Assembly: GCA_944372525.1 (NCBI GenBank)
Contig: CALVZL010000005.1
Coordinates: 4,200-68,199 of the forward strand
Origin: an uncultured Clostridia bacterium
Lineage (GTDB): Bacteria; Bacillota; Clostridia; Christensenellales; Borkfalkiaceae
Reading direction: 5' to 3'
Length of the DNA stretch: 64,000 bases
This document shows positions 35,531 to 46,147 of this stretch, one piece after another; position 1 is the stretch's first letter, and each line of letters begins with the position of its first letter. The position numbers and the translations under genes were made by a program. Under the pieces are notes generated by a model. That model was not told the DNA's origin. It made no database searches and saw nothing but the letters and a program-made list of their open reading frames with translations.

Positions 35531-35563
35531 AAAACGCCCGTCGGAAATCCCGACAGGCGTTTT
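35531..35563 (-). terminator. intrinsic terminator after the LRR lipoprotein gene
   Basis: Stem aaaacgcccgtcgg/ccgacaggcgtttt with one mismatch and a 5-nt loop. A T-run follows on the minus strand (complement of aaaaa 35529-35534). It lies 20 nt after the stop at 35584. Confidence 0.5.
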
Positions 35564-35583
35564 AATCCTTCCTTTCTTCTCTC

Positions 35584-36606
35584 TCAGAGCGCTTCATACC
35601 CGCTCAGCGTTCCGTCGTTGCATTCGACGATATATTCCCCCACGCCGCTTCCGTCCCACGCGATCGCCTTGTCGATCGTCTTCCAGCCCTCTTTCGTTCC
35701 GTGATAGCGGATGATCTGCAGAGAATCGCAGTTCTGAAACACATTCTGTCCGATCGTCTCTAAGGAGGAATAGAGCACCACCTCCCGCAGATTCGTGCAT
35801 CTGCGGAACGCAAATGCCTCAATCGTGACCACGTTTTTGCCCAAATAGACTTTCCTGAGAGAAGCGCAATCGGAAAACGCACAATCTCCGATCTGCGTGA
35901 GGGAATCCCCCATCTCCAGCAAATCCAGTTTGGTGCACCCGGCAAACGCTTCGCCGCCGACGGAAACCACCCCGTCGGGCAATTCGACCGCAGTCAGCTT
36001 TTCACAGCCATAGAACGCCGCGGCGCCGATCTCCGTGAGCTCGGGTCCGAAGCGAAGCAATTCCAAAGCGGTGCATTCGCCAAAAGCACGGATCCCTATG
36101 TTTTGCACGCTGTTGGGAAGATCGCACTCCGTCAGCGCCTCGCAGCCGTAGAACGCACGCACGCCGACGGTCTGCAACCCGTCCGGAAAGAACACCGCCG
36201 TGACGTCCGTCTCAAGAAATCCCTCTGCCGCCACGCCGAGCACCGGCTTCCCTTCATAATAAGCCGGAATCGCAATCTCTCCCGCCGTCGCCGTACCCGC
36301 GGCAACGAGCAGGCCTTCCCCTTCCGAACGATAGTCCAGCCCCTCGGTCGGGAGAATGCGGTAGCCGCAGCGGATGCATACGTTATCCGTCCCGAAGATA
36401 TGACCGAGCCGATCGATGCGCTCTTCCTCGTAATAATCCCCGTCCACGCAGGTGCGCCGCATGGCGCCGTCCTCCGCGCAGGTCGCCTCTTTCACGACTT
36501 CCCATTCTCCGAAGACGTGAACGTGTTCTTCCTCTTTGCAGGCGGCCGTCCCCGCGCAAAGGCAGAGCATCAAAGCCGCGATCCATGCCGAAATCTTCTT
36601 CTTCAT
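35584..36606 (-). CDS. BspA-type leucine-rich-repeat (LRR_5) surface lipoprotein
   Basis: Lipobox LCLCAGTAAC. Repeated ~23-aa units of the form AFxGCxxLTxVxLPxxVxxIGxxAF, at least 7 copies. Confidence 0.75.
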   Translation of the reverse strand: MKKKISAWIAALMLCLCAGTAACKEEEHVHVFGEWEVVKEATCAEDGAMRRTCVDGDYYEEERIDRLGHIFGTDNVCIRCGYRILPTEGLDYRSEGEGLLVAAGTATAGEIAIPAYYEGKPVLGVAAEGFLETDVTAVFFPDGLQTVGVRAFYGCEALTECDLPNSVQNIGIRAFGECTALELLRFGPELTEIGAAAFYGCEKLTAVELPDGVVSVGGEAFAGCTKLDLLEMGDSLTQIGDCAFSDCASLRKVYLGKNVVTIEAFAFRRCTNLREVVLYSSLETIGQNVFQNCDSLQIIRYHGTKEGWKTIDKAIAWDGSGVGEYIVECNDGTLSGYEAL

Positions 36607-36635
36607 TCTGACCTCTTCGGCGGTCTTTCCGCCGC

Positions 36636-38567
36636 TCAGCGGCGGAACACCAGCACGCTGAAACTGTGCGGGGAGAGCGTGAGCGAACGTGCCGCCGTGG
36701 GCGCGATCTCCTGCGGAACGAGCTTCTCCTCCCCGGGATGATTATAGTCCGAAAGTTCTCCTTCCATACGGATGATATAAGTGAGCGAACCCAAATCGTA
36801 ATTTCCGTCGAGCTCCGTCTCGATCTCCCGATCGGTAGCGTTGACAACCTTGACATAGGTCAACCCTTCTCGTTCGGTCGCCGAAGCATATACGCCGCTC
36901 TGTTTCCCTCCTTCGACTTCCGTGCGCAGAGAATAGTTCCCCGTATAGAAACTGAACATCTCCTGTACATAATAGTTCGCGGTCGCATACGTATTCTTCC
37001 CGTCGAACCATGCCAGACAGGGACTCCACTGCGAATCGCCCAATCGCCCGAAGAGGGGCGCATAAGACGCCATCACGACGACATCGGCATTGCGCTCCAT
37101 GCCCGTCATGAACGCCGCTTCGGACAGTGCACACTCCCAGGTATTCGCCTCGGGACAGTTTGCCGTACCGCCCTTCCCGGGCACATGCGCGGCATACTCT
37201 CCCACGTAGACGCGCGCTCCGCGAGGATAAGAGTCATACAGATCGGAGTGCTCGAAAAACCAGGAAGGCGGCGCATAAACATGCTCGTCGGAGGCATACA
37301 CAAAGACGGGATTCTCCGCAAGCCGCTCTCTCGTCCACTGCCATGCCTGTTCATACGAGGGCGTTCCGATCGTGGGTCCTACGGTGCCGATGAGTTTGAT
37401 CTCGGGATACCGCTCGTGAATGCGCTTTTCAAACCGCTCATAACGGCGGTAAAAACAATTGGTCTCCGTCTCCCACTGCTCATTCCCGATCCCGAGGTAT
37501 TCGAGTCCGAAAGGCTGCGGGTGTCCCATTTCGGCGCGTACGCTCCCCCATTCGGTATCCGGCGCTCCGTTGGCAAATTCGATGAGATCGAGTGCATCTT
37601 GCACATAGGTCTCCATCTCGGGATCGTCGAGCGGTACCGTCTCGTCCGACATATACTGGCAGGCGATCCCCACACTGAGCACGGGAAGCGGCTTTGCTCC
37701 GAGATATTCGCATAAAAGGAAGTATTCATAATACCCCACTCCGAGCGTCTGTCCGTAATGAGACCATTGCGTCGGTTTTCCGTCTATCGCGGCATGTACC
37801 GCCCAACGGTTCCAATTATGCGTCCGCCTCTCCCGCGGACCGACTGATTTTTTCCACAGATAGCGGTTTGCGATCGAGTTGCCCTCCACCACGCAGCCGC
37901 CGGGAAAACGCAGAAATTTCGGCTTTACTTCGCGCATCATCTCCGCAAGATCGCGACGGAACACGCCCTTCACCGCATTCTCCGGCATCATGGAGAAGCA
38001 ATCGACGTGAACGGTGCCCGCTCCCTGCAACATGAGGACGAATTCGGCAGAATCCGTATCCGTCCGGCTCTTAAAACAGCAGTTGTATCGTTTCCACTTG
38101 CCGTCCGGGCGAACCTTGAATGCCTTTTCGAGCAGGGGATGCCCCTCCCGATAGACGCCGACCGACACTTTTTCCTTATAGTCATAAGAACGAAGATAAA
38201 AAGAGACGGTGTAACGCATCCCTTTCACAAGGCAGATCCCGCCGTACGCCCTGTTCTTTACGCCCGCTCTGCCGTGTCCGGCGGTAAGCCGAAGATAATG
38301 CGGATTTTCGGCAAAGAGCGGGCGATCGGATTTGAGCTTCAGCGCGACTTCCGCGCCCGCGGGATATCCCGTCCACCCGTACAGTCCGTCGCTTGCGACC
38401 CGATAATCGTTGCGCTCGCCGCAGACGGTCTTTGCCTCAAAATTCCGGTTTTCCAGCATTTCCGCATACAGTCCGCCGTCCAACGCGTAGTTGAGGTCTT
38501 CAAAAAACAGCCCGACGCCTCCGTCCGAAACCGCAATTTTCCCCTCTTCCCGAATTGTAATTTTCAT
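36636..38567 (-). CDS. GH51-type alpha-L-arabinofuranosidase
   Basis: LRFPGGCVVEGN, YLGIGNEQWE (acid/base Glu region) and a C-terminal beta-sandwich. The start MKITIREEG at 38567 has an AAGGAG RBS. Confidence 0.75.
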   Translation of the reverse strand: MKITIREEGKIAVSDGGVGLFFEDLNYALDGGLYAEMLENRNFEAKTVCGERNDYRVASDGLYGWTGYPAGAEVALKLKSDRPLFAENPHYLRLTAGHGRAGVKNRAYGGICLVKGMRYTVSFYLRSYDYKEKVSVGVYREGHPLLEKAFKVRPDGKWKRYNCCFKSRTDTDSAEFVLMLQGAGTVHVDCFSMMPENAVKGVFRRDLAEMMREVKPKFLRFPGGCVVEGNSIANRYLWKKSVGPRERRTHNWNRWAVHAAIDGKPTQWSHYGQTLGVGYYEYFLLCEYLGAKPLPVLSVGIACQYMSDETVPLDDPEMETYVQDALDLIEFANGAPDTEWGSVRAEMGHPQPFGLEYLGIGNEQWETETNCFYRRYERFEKRIHERYPEIKLIGTVGPTIGTPSYEQAWQWTRERLAENPVFVYASDEHVYAPPSWFFEHSDLYDSYPRGARVYVGEYAAHVPGKGGTANCPEANTWECALSEAAFMTGMERNADVVVMASYAPLFGRLGDSQWSPCLAWFDGKNTYATANYYVQEMFSFYTGNYSLRTEVEGGKQSGVYASATEREGLTYVKVVNATDREIETELDGNYDLGSLTYIIRMEGELSDYNHPGEEKLVPQEIAPTAARSLTLSPHSFSVLVFRR

Positions 38568-38724
38568 GGTAAACTCCTTCCTTCGGAATACGCAAAAACG
38601 TGCGACACTCTGTTTCAAGGCGCACCGTTCGATTTCATTATAACACAACTTTTACTTTTGAACAAGGTTTTATCAGAACTTTTTTATGCCGTACCGCAAA
38701 AATTCCCGTCCTTTGCAGAAGATT

Positions 38725-40131
38725 TCAGGAAAACTCCACCGTAAACGCCGTTCCCGCGCCCTCTTTGCTCTGCACGGACAATTTCCATCCCGCTTTTTCG
38801 CACAGCTTTTTCACGACGGACAATCCCAATCCGAATCCCCCGTTCTTTCCTCCGTGCGATTTGTCCACCGTGAAAAACCGATCGAAAATCCGCTCCAGAT
38901 TTTCTTCCGCAATTCCGATCCCCGTATCCGAAACGCGGAACATCTGATGCGTGAGCAGAACGGTGACGCTACCCCCCTCGCGATTGTAGCGGATCGCGTT
39001 GCGGATCAGATTGCCGAACACCTCCGCAATCCGTTCTTGCCGGCTCATCAGCAAGACATCCGGCTCGATCTCGCTCAGCAGGACAAGCTTTTTTTCCTTC
39101 AGCGCAGGAGAGAGGCTCTCCAGCGTCTCTTCCGCAATGCGCGAAGCGTTCACTTCGTAGGAAGGCAATTCATCGCTGTCGATCTCGTTATAATTGATGA
39201 TGCAGGCAATGAGATTGGAGAGACGCTCGCTTTGGGACAGCACCGTCCGCGCCGCTCTTTCCGCCGCCTCGCCCTGCAGAGACCCGGCGGCAAGCAGCTC
39301 CGCAAATCCGCGGATCGAAGTGAGCGGCGTATTCATTTCATGCGTGATATTGGCAATAAAGTCATTTTTGGAACGTTGCGCTTTCTCCGTCAAATTTTTT
39401 TCTTCGGCAAGCTCCCGCAGGTGCGCGGCGGCTTCTTCGTTCATGCCGTTGAGAACTTGAACCAAACCGTCCAATTCGCTGCAATCCGTTTCCAGCTTTT
39501 TTTTCACGGCGGCATCGCGCGCAAGCTTGTCCAGCGGACGGAGCATGAACCCCGTGAACAGATAGGTGAACAGCAGACAGATCACCGCGTCCAAGAGCAA
39601 AAATGCCGCCACCGTCGGGAGCGAATCCGCATAGATCCCCCAAAATGAATAGGTCGGGACCGCGATCCGCACCAGATACCCCTGTTCCGAAAATGCGCGG
39701 CAGTAATAGATCAAATCCGTCCCGAGCGTTGAGGAAGCGCGTACGTCAAACCCCTCCCCGTTTCCGCCCGAGATCGCCTCCGCGACTTCGGGACGGCCGG
39801 AGCGGTCGGAGTCCTCTTTGTCCTCGGAATCGGCGAGAAACGCACCCTCTGCAGAGAGAAAGGTAACGCGGGCGCCGTCCAGCCTGCGGGAGAGCTCCGC
39901 CGCATATTCTTCGGTCAGCTCGTCTATGCCACGCGTTTCGTCGAACGCACCCGAACAGGCGCGCAGAAATCCCTCCGCATGGCGAAGACTGCTGCGGTAA
40001 TAGATCTCCGCCGAAAACACAGAAAAAATCAGCAGCGCGACCGCCGTTAGCGCAAAGCTCACCCAAAGAATGCGTTTTTTCATAATTCCTCCGAAAAGAC
40101 GCGGGCAAACACGCCCGCGCCCGAAGATCAT
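38725..40131 (-). CDS. sensor histidine kinase (PhoR-like)
   Basis: H-box ITHEMNTPLTSIRGF, N-box IRNAIRYN and G2 box GGFGLGLSVVKKL. The ATG overlaps the response-regulator stop (ATGA). An alternative start is MKKRILW at 40083. Confidence 0.85.
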   Translation of the reverse strand: MIFGRGRVCPRLFGGIMKKRILWVSFALTAVALLIFSVFSAEIYYRSSLRHAEGFLRACSGAFDETRGIDELTEEYAAELSRRLDGARVTFLSAEGAFLADSEDKEDSDRSGRPEVAEAISGGNGEGFDVRASSTLGTDLIYYCRAFSEQGYLVRIAVPTYSFWGIYADSLPTVAAFLLLDAVICLLFTYLFTGFMLRPLDKLARDAAVKKKLETDCSELDGLVQVLNGMNEEAAAHLRELAEEKNLTEKAQRSKNDFIANITHEMNTPLTSIRGFAELLAAGSLQGEAAERAARTVLSQSERLSNLIACIINYNEIDSDELPSYEVNASRIAEETLESLSPALKEKKLVLLSEIEPDVLLMSRQERIAEVFGNLIRNAIRYNREGGSVTVLLTHQMFRVSDTGIGIAEENLERIFDRFFTVDKSHGGKNGGFGLGLSVVKKLCEKAGWKLSVQSKEGAGTAFTVEFS

Positions 40132-40778
40132 TGCGCAATAAATTTATATCCCACGCCGAACACCGTTTCAAAATTGAGCCCGAGTTTGCGCAGACGCGCA
40201 ATATGATTGTCGAGCGTTCGTGTCTCGCCGCAGTCATATCCCCAAACGTCGACGAGGATCTCGTCGCGGGGCATTACCTTTCCTTCCCGATCCATACAGT
40301 AGCGCAAAAGCTGGAACTCTTTGTTGCTGAGCGCAAGCTCTTCTCCCCGAAACATGACTCTGTGCCTTCCGACGTCGAGCTCGAGATCTCCTTTGCGGAG
40401 AACGTCTGCACGTTTCGAACGGCGGAGCGCCGCGTTGATGCGCGCGGTAAGTTCGAGCAATCCGAACGGTTTGGCGATATAATCGTCCGCCCCCGCATTC
40501 AGTCCCCGAACCTTATCTGTCTCCTTTCCGAGTGCGGAGAGCATGATCGCACTCACTTCCGGATAACGCGCCTTTACCCGCCGAAGCACGTCGATCCCGT
40601 CGCCGTCTGAAAGCATGATGTCGAGCAGTACGACGTCGGGAACCTCCCGCTCCATCGCCTCATAAAACTCTTTTACCGTCAAAAAGCATTCGCAGCAAAT
40701 GCTGCTCAGATCGAGCGTACATTTTACGAGCTCGCAGATGCTCTCGTCATCTTCCAGGAAAAATACTTTGTTTCTCAC
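40128..40778 (-). CDS. OmpR/PhoB-family response regulator (PhoP-like)
   Basis: Receiver domain (FLEDDESI...VLLDIMLSDGDG) and a winged-helix C-terminus (LSNKEFQLLRYCM...VGYKF). Confidence 0.9.
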   Translation of the reverse strand: MRNKVFFLEDDESICELVKCTLDLSSICCECFLTVKEFYEAMEREVPDVVLLDIMLSDGDGIDVLRRVKARYPEVSAIMLSALGKETDKVRGLNAGADDYIAKPFGLLELTARINAALRRSKRADVLRKGDLELDVGRHRVMFRGEELALSNKEFQLLRYCMDREGKVMPRDEILVDVWGYDCGETRTLDNHIARLRKLGLNFETVFGVGYKFIAQ

Positions 40779-40808
40779 AGCACTTCCTCGCCCCCTCCGC
40801 AGAAATCC

Positions 40809-42491
40809 TCAGTGATTCTGTTCGATCGAATGGGCAATAAACGTAATATGATCGGCCGCGCGTTCGAGATTTCCGACCAAATTGATGAATACGTTGGAAT
40901 TTTGCGGCTGACATCTTCCTTCGTTGAGCCGGGTAATATGCGCATTGGTCAGGCGGCGTCGGTCTTTGTCGATCTCTTCCTCCAAAGCGTCGACCTGTTC
41001 CAGTCCCGCAAAGTTTTTATGTAAAAAGACTTCCGCCGACAGCTCGTACAGTTTGGTGACCTGCGCATACATTTCCCGGATCATTTCGAGAAATTCTCCC
41101 GAAAAGACAAGTCCGTCGTTGACATAATGATTGGTATATTTTGTAATATTGTCGGCAAGTTCTCCCAGACGCATGATGTCGTTGAGCACATAATGCAGGG
41201 AGGAGACCGTCTTCTCCTCTTCCAGCACAAGGGAGGACGCGGAAATCTTCACGAGATAGGAGACCGCCTGTTTGTTCATCTGGGCCAAATCGGCATTTTG
41301 CGCAAGCACCGCCTCTTTCGCCGAAGTGTCCTTATTCAAAAAGGCGTTGAAGGCCGTATCGAGCGTATTCTTTGCAAAGGAAAACACCTTTCCCGTCTCC
41401 TGATAGAGATACGCAAGCGCCACGGAAGGAGAGCGCAGAAGACGCTCATCCAGTTCCGCATAGACGAGCGCGGGTTTTCCCGGCTCCTCCTTTTCCTCTT
41501 TCGGTTCCTTTTTCCCGAACACAAGCAAATGAGAAAGTTTGACAAATACGTTGATGAAGGGCAGAAAGACGAGCGAACAGATCACGTTGAATAACGTATG
41601 GAACATTGCGATCTGGAATTGGGGGTAATCGGGAAACATCCGCACGAGAACGGCATCCCCGAAGTCCTTCCACAACAGCAGGATCACTGTAAAGATGATC
41701 GCGCCGAAGAAATTGAACAGAAAGTGAATGACCGACGCTCGTTTGGCGTTTTTGCTCGCGCCGATGGAGGAAATGAGCGCCGTGACGCAGGTCCCGATAT
41801 TTGTTCCGATAATGATATAATAGACGGAATTTCCGCCCCCGCCGATCATGAATCCCGTCTGCACCATCGTAATGATGATGGTCGTCACGGCGGAAGAAGA
41901 CTGCACGAGCGCAGTCACGACCAGTCCGATCAGGAGCAACAGGAAAGGATTGGTCACCGAAGTCATCATCCCGTGGATCGTCTCATACGCCGCGCTTCCC
42001 CGCTCCATGTCCAACGCCTCCGACATGAACGTGATGCCGACGAAGATAAGCCCGAGGGAAGCCAACGTCTCGCCGACCGTCTTGACCTTTTCCTTTTTAG
42101 AAAAAATCGACATGAAGATGCCGATCGCGGTAAGCGACAAGACGGCAGTCGTCACGTCGAAAGTATTCAAAGATACGAGCCAGGCGGTGATCGTCGTCCC
42201 GATGTTGGCTCCCATGATAATGGAGGTCGCCTGAAACAGCGTCATAATGCCCGCGTTCACGAGGCCGACGACCATGACCGTCGTGAGCGAGGAACTCTGC
42301 GCAATCATCGTTACGCCGAGTCCGAGGCCAAGTCCCGCAAAACGGTTCCGCGCCGTCTTGTTCAGCATGGTCTGCATCTTGCCGTGTGCGAGCCGGGTCA
42401 TACCGGCAGACAATCCGTTCATGCCGAACAGAAACGCACCCAGACCGCCCAGGACTTTCATGATCAACTCAAACCATTCCATTGCGCTCAT
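40809..42491 (-). CDS. Na+/phosphate cotransporter family protein with a PhoU-like C-terminal domain
   Basis: Duplicated Na_Pi_cotrans repeats (GANIGTTITAW and GTNIGTCVTAL). The C-terminal ~200 aa form a helical PhoU-like region. Confidence 0.85.
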   Translation of the reverse strand: MSAMEWFELIMKVLGGLGAFLFGMNGLSAGMTRLAHGKMQTMLNKTARNRFAGLGLGLGVTMIAQSSSLTTVMVVGLVNAGIMTLFQATSIIMGANIGTTITAWLVSLNTFDVTTAVLSLTAIGIFMSIFSKKEKVKTVGETLASLGLIFVGITFMSEALDMERGSAAYETIHGMMTSVTNPFLLLLIGLVVTALVQSSSAVTTIIITMVQTGFMIGGGGNSVYYIIIGTNIGTCVTALISSIGASKNAKRASVIHFLFNFFGAIIFTVILLLWKDFGDAVLVRMFPDYPQFQIAMFHTLFNVICSLVFLPFINVFVKLSHLLVFGKKEPKEEKEEPGKPALVYAELDERLLRSPSVALAYLYQETGKVFSFAKNTLDTAFNAFLNKDTSAKEAVLAQNADLAQMNKQAVSYLVKISASSLVLEEEKTVSSLHYVLNDIMRLGELADNITKYTNHYVNDGLVFSGEFLEMIREMYAQVTKLYELSAEVFLHKNFAGLEQVDALEEEIDKDRRRLTNAHITRLNEGRCQPQNSNVFINLVGNLERAADHITFIAHSIEQNH

Positions 42492-42687
42492 ACACTCCGA
42501 TCCTCTCTTTCGTTTAATCTCCGTCTTCTTCGGGAATGGTATTCTCCGATAAAATCATTATAACAAGGATCGCAAGGGTTTGTCACGTATTTTTCATAAG
42601 TTTGTAAAAAAACAGAAAAAAATTTCAAAAAGCCTCTTGCCGCGTCTTGTTCCGTCTTTGCCGAACACGCGGACGGCGAATCCTCTG

Positions 42688-43344
42688 CTATTGGTACTCT
42701 TTGTGAATGCCGGTGACCAGATACTGGGTCCATTCGCACACGTTGACGGCATAGTCCCCGATCTTTTCGAGATATTTTGCGATCATGAGAAGCATAACCG
42801 CACGATCCGCCGCCTCCCCATCACGGCGGATCTCCTCTACCAGCTCCGCCTTGACCTCCTGAAACAAGGCGTCCATTTCGTCGTCCGCCCGAATCACCAT
42901 GCCCGCCCCGCCGGCGCTCGCGTTGAGAAAAGAATCGACGCTCTGATGCACCATGGCACTGGCGAGATCTCCCATGCGCTGAATCTTTTCCGGATCCCGC
43001 GCAAGCCCGCCGTCGGGATACTGCCGCACGATCTCTCCGATGTCCGCCGCCTGGTCGCCGATCCGCTCGATATCCGTAATGACCTTGAGCGCGGTCGTGA
43101 CGCGGACCAGATCGTGCGCGACGGGCTGCTGTTTGAGCAAAATCCGCATGCATTTCTTCTCGATGTCGATCTCCAGCTCGTCCACTTCCTTGTCCGCGTC
43201 CGACACCGATGCCCCCAGCTCCCGATCCAGGCTTTTGAGCGCCGCCACGGAATCGTTGATCATTGCTTCCGTGATCGAACACATTTCGGCAAGCATGGCA
43301 TGCAGGCTGTCCAGTTCTTCGTCAAAAAATTTTCTTGTCGTCAT
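42688..43344 (-). CDS. phoU: phosphate signalling complex protein PhoU
   Basis: 218 aa with two PhoU repeats (ITDIERIGDQAADI and AKYLEKIGDYAVNV). Confidence 0.9.
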   Translation of the reverse strand: MTTRKFFDEELDSLHAMLAEMCSITEAMINDSVAALKSLDRELGASVSDADKEVDELEIDIEKKCMRILLKQQPVAHDLVRVTTALKVITDIERIGDQAADIGEIVRQYPDGGLARDPEKIQRMGDLASAMVHQSVDSFLNASAGGAGMVIRADDEMDALFQEVKAELVEEIRRDGEAADRAVMLLMIAKYLEKIGDYAVNVCEWTQYLVTGIHKEYQ

Positions 43345-43358
43345 CTGCTCTCCTTTTC

Positions 43359-44144
43359 TCAGCCGAATCTCCCCGTGATATACCGCTCCGTCTCCGGATG
43401 CGAGGGAGAACGGAAAATTTCCTCCGTATCGCCGAATTCAATGAGTTCGCCCAGCAGGAAAAATCCTGTTTTGTCCGAAATCCGCGCCGCCTGCTGCATG
43501 TTGTGGGTGACCATGACGATCGTAATGCGGCTCTCCAGCTCCTGACAGAGCTCTTCGATTTTACCCGTGGAAATGGGGTCCAGCGCCGAAGTGGGCTCGT
43601 CCATCAGCAGAATCTGCGGCTTGACGGCAAGTGCCCGCGCGATGCAAAGCCGCTGCTGCTGTCCGCCCGAGAGTCCGAGCGCGGATTTGTTGAGACGGTC
43701 CTTGAGCTCATCCCACATCGCAGCCGCACGAAGAGATTCCTCTACGATTCCGTCGAGCAGCGATTTTTTTCGGATGCCGAAGGTGCGCGGACCGTATGCG
43801 ACGTTGTCATAGACGCTCAACGCAAACGGATTGGGCCGCTGAAACACCATTCCCACATTTTTCCGCAACCTGGCGACATCCATATCCCGATCGAAGATAT
43901 TACTCCCTCCGACACGGATCTCTCCTTCCGTGCGACAGCCCTCCACCAGATCGTTCATGCGGTTGAGCGTCTTGATCAGCGTAGACTTTCCGCATCCGGA
44001 AGGCCCGATCATTGCCGTGATCTTTTTCTCGGGAATGACCATGTTGATTTTTTTAAGCGCCTGAAAACTCCCGTAAAAGAGATCCATCTCACGGATTTCC
44101 GCCGCGATCCCGTTTTCAAAGACAAATGGCTCGATCGTTTTCAT
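43359..44144 (-). CDS. pstB: phosphate ABC transporter ATP-binding protein
   Basis: Walker [10 protein letters not shown] and signature [15 protein letters not shown]. The PstB-typical N-terminus and C-terminus ([10 protein letters not shown]) are present. Confidence 0.92.
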   Translation of the reverse strand: MKTIEPFVFENGIAAEIREMDLFYGSFQALKKINMVIPEKKITAMIGPSGCGKSTLIKTLNRMNDLVEGCRTEGEIRVGGSNIFDRDMDVARLRKNVGMVFQRPNPFALSVYDNVAYGPRTFGIRKKSLLDGIVEESLRAAAMWDELKDRLNKSALGLSGGQQQRLCIARALAVKPQILLMDEPTSALDPISTGKIEELCQELESRITIVMVTHNMQQAARISDKTGFFLLGELIEFGDTEEIFRSPSHPETERYITGRFG

Positions 44145-46123
44145 CCTCTCTCCCCCGGAGCGGCCGAAGCCTGCACGGACACGGCCATGCCGCGTTCCTC
44201 CGTCCGGCGTTTTCCCCGCTCCTTTTTCATTTTTTCTGTTTGCGAAGTCGCGGCCGTCCCGCCGCCTCCTCCCGCCCTCTTTCGGGCGAGTTTCTTTTCC
44301 AGCAAGGCGACAAGAAGATTCAGTGAGACGACGATGACAAGGAGAACGACTGCCGTCGCATATGCCTTTTCCATGTCTCCCGCGCGCGCCGTGGACATGA
44401 GGGTGTACATCCCCACCGAAAAAGAAACTCCGGAGGAAAAGTACCCCGAGGGCATTTCCATTACCGCCCCCGCCGTATAGATGAGCGCCGCCGACTCGCC
44501 GACGATTCTTCCGACGCTCAGAATGACCGATGTCACCAATCCTCCGAGCGCCGAAGGCAACACGATCTTGAAAATCGTCCGCACCTTTCCCGCGCCGAGC
44601 GCATAAGAACCTTCGCGCATGCTGTCCGGGATCTCGCTGAGGCTCTCCTCCGTTGAACGGACGATCGTGGGAAGCACGATCAGCACCATCGTGAGCGATC
44701 CTGCCAACAGATTATAGCTTCCCCCGCACAGAGGCACGAAAAAGATCATGCCGAACAGTCCGAAGACAATGGAGGGTATCCCCGCGAGCGTATCGATAAA
44801 CAGGCGGATCCCCTTGACGATGCGGCTGCCCTTTTTTGCGTATTCGTTGAGAAAGATCGCCGCCCCGATTCCGAGAGGCAGTGCGATCACAAGCGTCATC
44901 GCAACGATCATTAAGGTAGAGACAAGCATGGGCGCAATCGTGAGATCGGTCGAGGATCCCGCAGAAAACAAGAAGTGCGGCGTAAGATGAGGAACCCCTT
45001 TGACTAAGATAAACACGATCAGCGCACCAAGCGCCGCAAACACCGCGCACGCAAACGCGATACAGACGTATTTGAGCGCCTCCTGCAGTCCTCCCGTCCG
45101 ATGAAATTCGGGAAGAGATTGTTCGCCGACCCGTTTCCTCAGTTTGCGCTTAAATCGTCTGTCCCCGCCCGGTTTTTCCCGTCTGATCAGAGTCAGCACC
45201 ACGTTGATAAGCAGAACAAAGCAAAGCAGGACAAATCCCGTGGCGATCAGGGCGCGCTGCCAAAGGCTTCCCGAAGCGGTATATCCCATTTCGGTGACGA
45301 TGTGCGTCGTCATTGTCGCGACCTGTGCAAACAGACTTTCCGGATAATTGCCCGCCGTGTTTCCGACCACCATCTGCACCGCCATCGTTTCTCCGACCGC
45401 ACGCCCGATCCCGAGAATGAGAGCGGAAAGAATTCCCCGTCTGGCGGCGGGAACGCAGATTTTGAACACCGTCTGAGCCTTGTTCCCGCCAAGCGCCAGC
45501 GCTCCCTCATAATATTCCTTCGGAACCGCCCGAATGCTGTTGGCGGAGATGGAGGCAACCGTCGGCAAGATCATGATCGAGAGCACGAGCACCGCGGCAA
45601 GCGGCCCCTTTCCCACGGCAACGCCGAACAAGGATTCCAGCAGGGGGACCAAAACGACGAGTCCGAAAAATCCATAGATCACCGAAGGAATCCCCGCCAG
45701 CAAATTGACGAGCTGTCCGTATCCCTTTCTGAGCCGTTCGGGACAGAAATGCACCATGAAAACCGCCGTACACACCCCCAGCGTTCCCCCGAGCGCCGCA
45801 GCGCCCGCCGTTACGACAAGGGAGCTGACGATCATCGGAAAGATCCCGAACACCTCCGAAGCCTCCATGCCGAGTTCGGGATCCTCATAGTGTTTCGGCG
45901 ACCAGATCGAACCGAACAGAAAATTGACGATGCCGATCTCACGCAGGGCGGGAAAACTTTCCACCAAGATATAGAGGACAATGCCGAACACGGCGAGGAC
46001 GGAGAAAAACGCACAGAAGAAAAAGAGTGCTTTGGCAGACGTCTCGCCGCTGAGCTTCGGTATTTTACGGAGTGCGGAAGCCTCCGCTTCCGCACTCCCG
46101 ATCTTTTTTATCGCATGTTTCAT
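44141..46123 (-). CDS. pstCA: fused phosphate ABC transporter permease PstC-PstA
   Basis: 660 aa with two EAA-type loops: [24 protein letters not shown] in the first half and [24 protein letters not shown] in the second. A ~50-aa Gly/Lys/Arg-rich tail overlaps the pstB start (ATGA). Confidence 0.8.
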   Translation of the reverse strand: MKHAIKKIGSAEAEASALRKIPKLSGETSAKALFFFCAFFSVLAVFGIVLYILVESFPALREIGIVNFLFGSIWSPKHYEDPELGMEASEVFGIFPMIVSSLVVTAGAAALGGTLGVCTAVFMVHFCPERLRKGYGQLVNLLAGIPSVIYGFFGLVVLVPLLESLFGVAVGKGPLAAVLVLSIMILPTVASISANSIRAVPKEYYEGALALGGNKAQTVFKICVPAARRGILSALILGIGRAVGETMAVQMVVGNTAGNYPESLFAQVATMTTHIVTEMGYTASGSLWQRALIATGFVLLCFVLLINVVLTLIRREKPGGDRRFKRKLRKRVGEQSLPEFHRTGGLQEALKYVCIAFACAVFAALGALIVFILVKGVPHLTPHFLFSAGSSTDLTIAPMLVSTLMIVAMTLVIALPLGIGAAIFLNEYAKKGSRIVKGIRLFIDTLAGIPSIVFGLFGMIFFVPLCGGSYNLLAGSLTMVLIVLPTIVRSTEESLSEIPDSMREGSYALGAGKVRTIFKIVLPSALGGLVTSVILSVGRIVGESAALIYTAGAVMEMPSGYFSSGVSFSVGMYTLMSTARAGDMEKAYATAVVLLVIVVSLNLLVALLEKKLARKRAGGGGGTAATSQTEKMKKERGKRRTEERGMAVSVQASAAPGERG

Positions 46124-46147
46124 ATGTCATTCGTTCCAAACGCGCCG

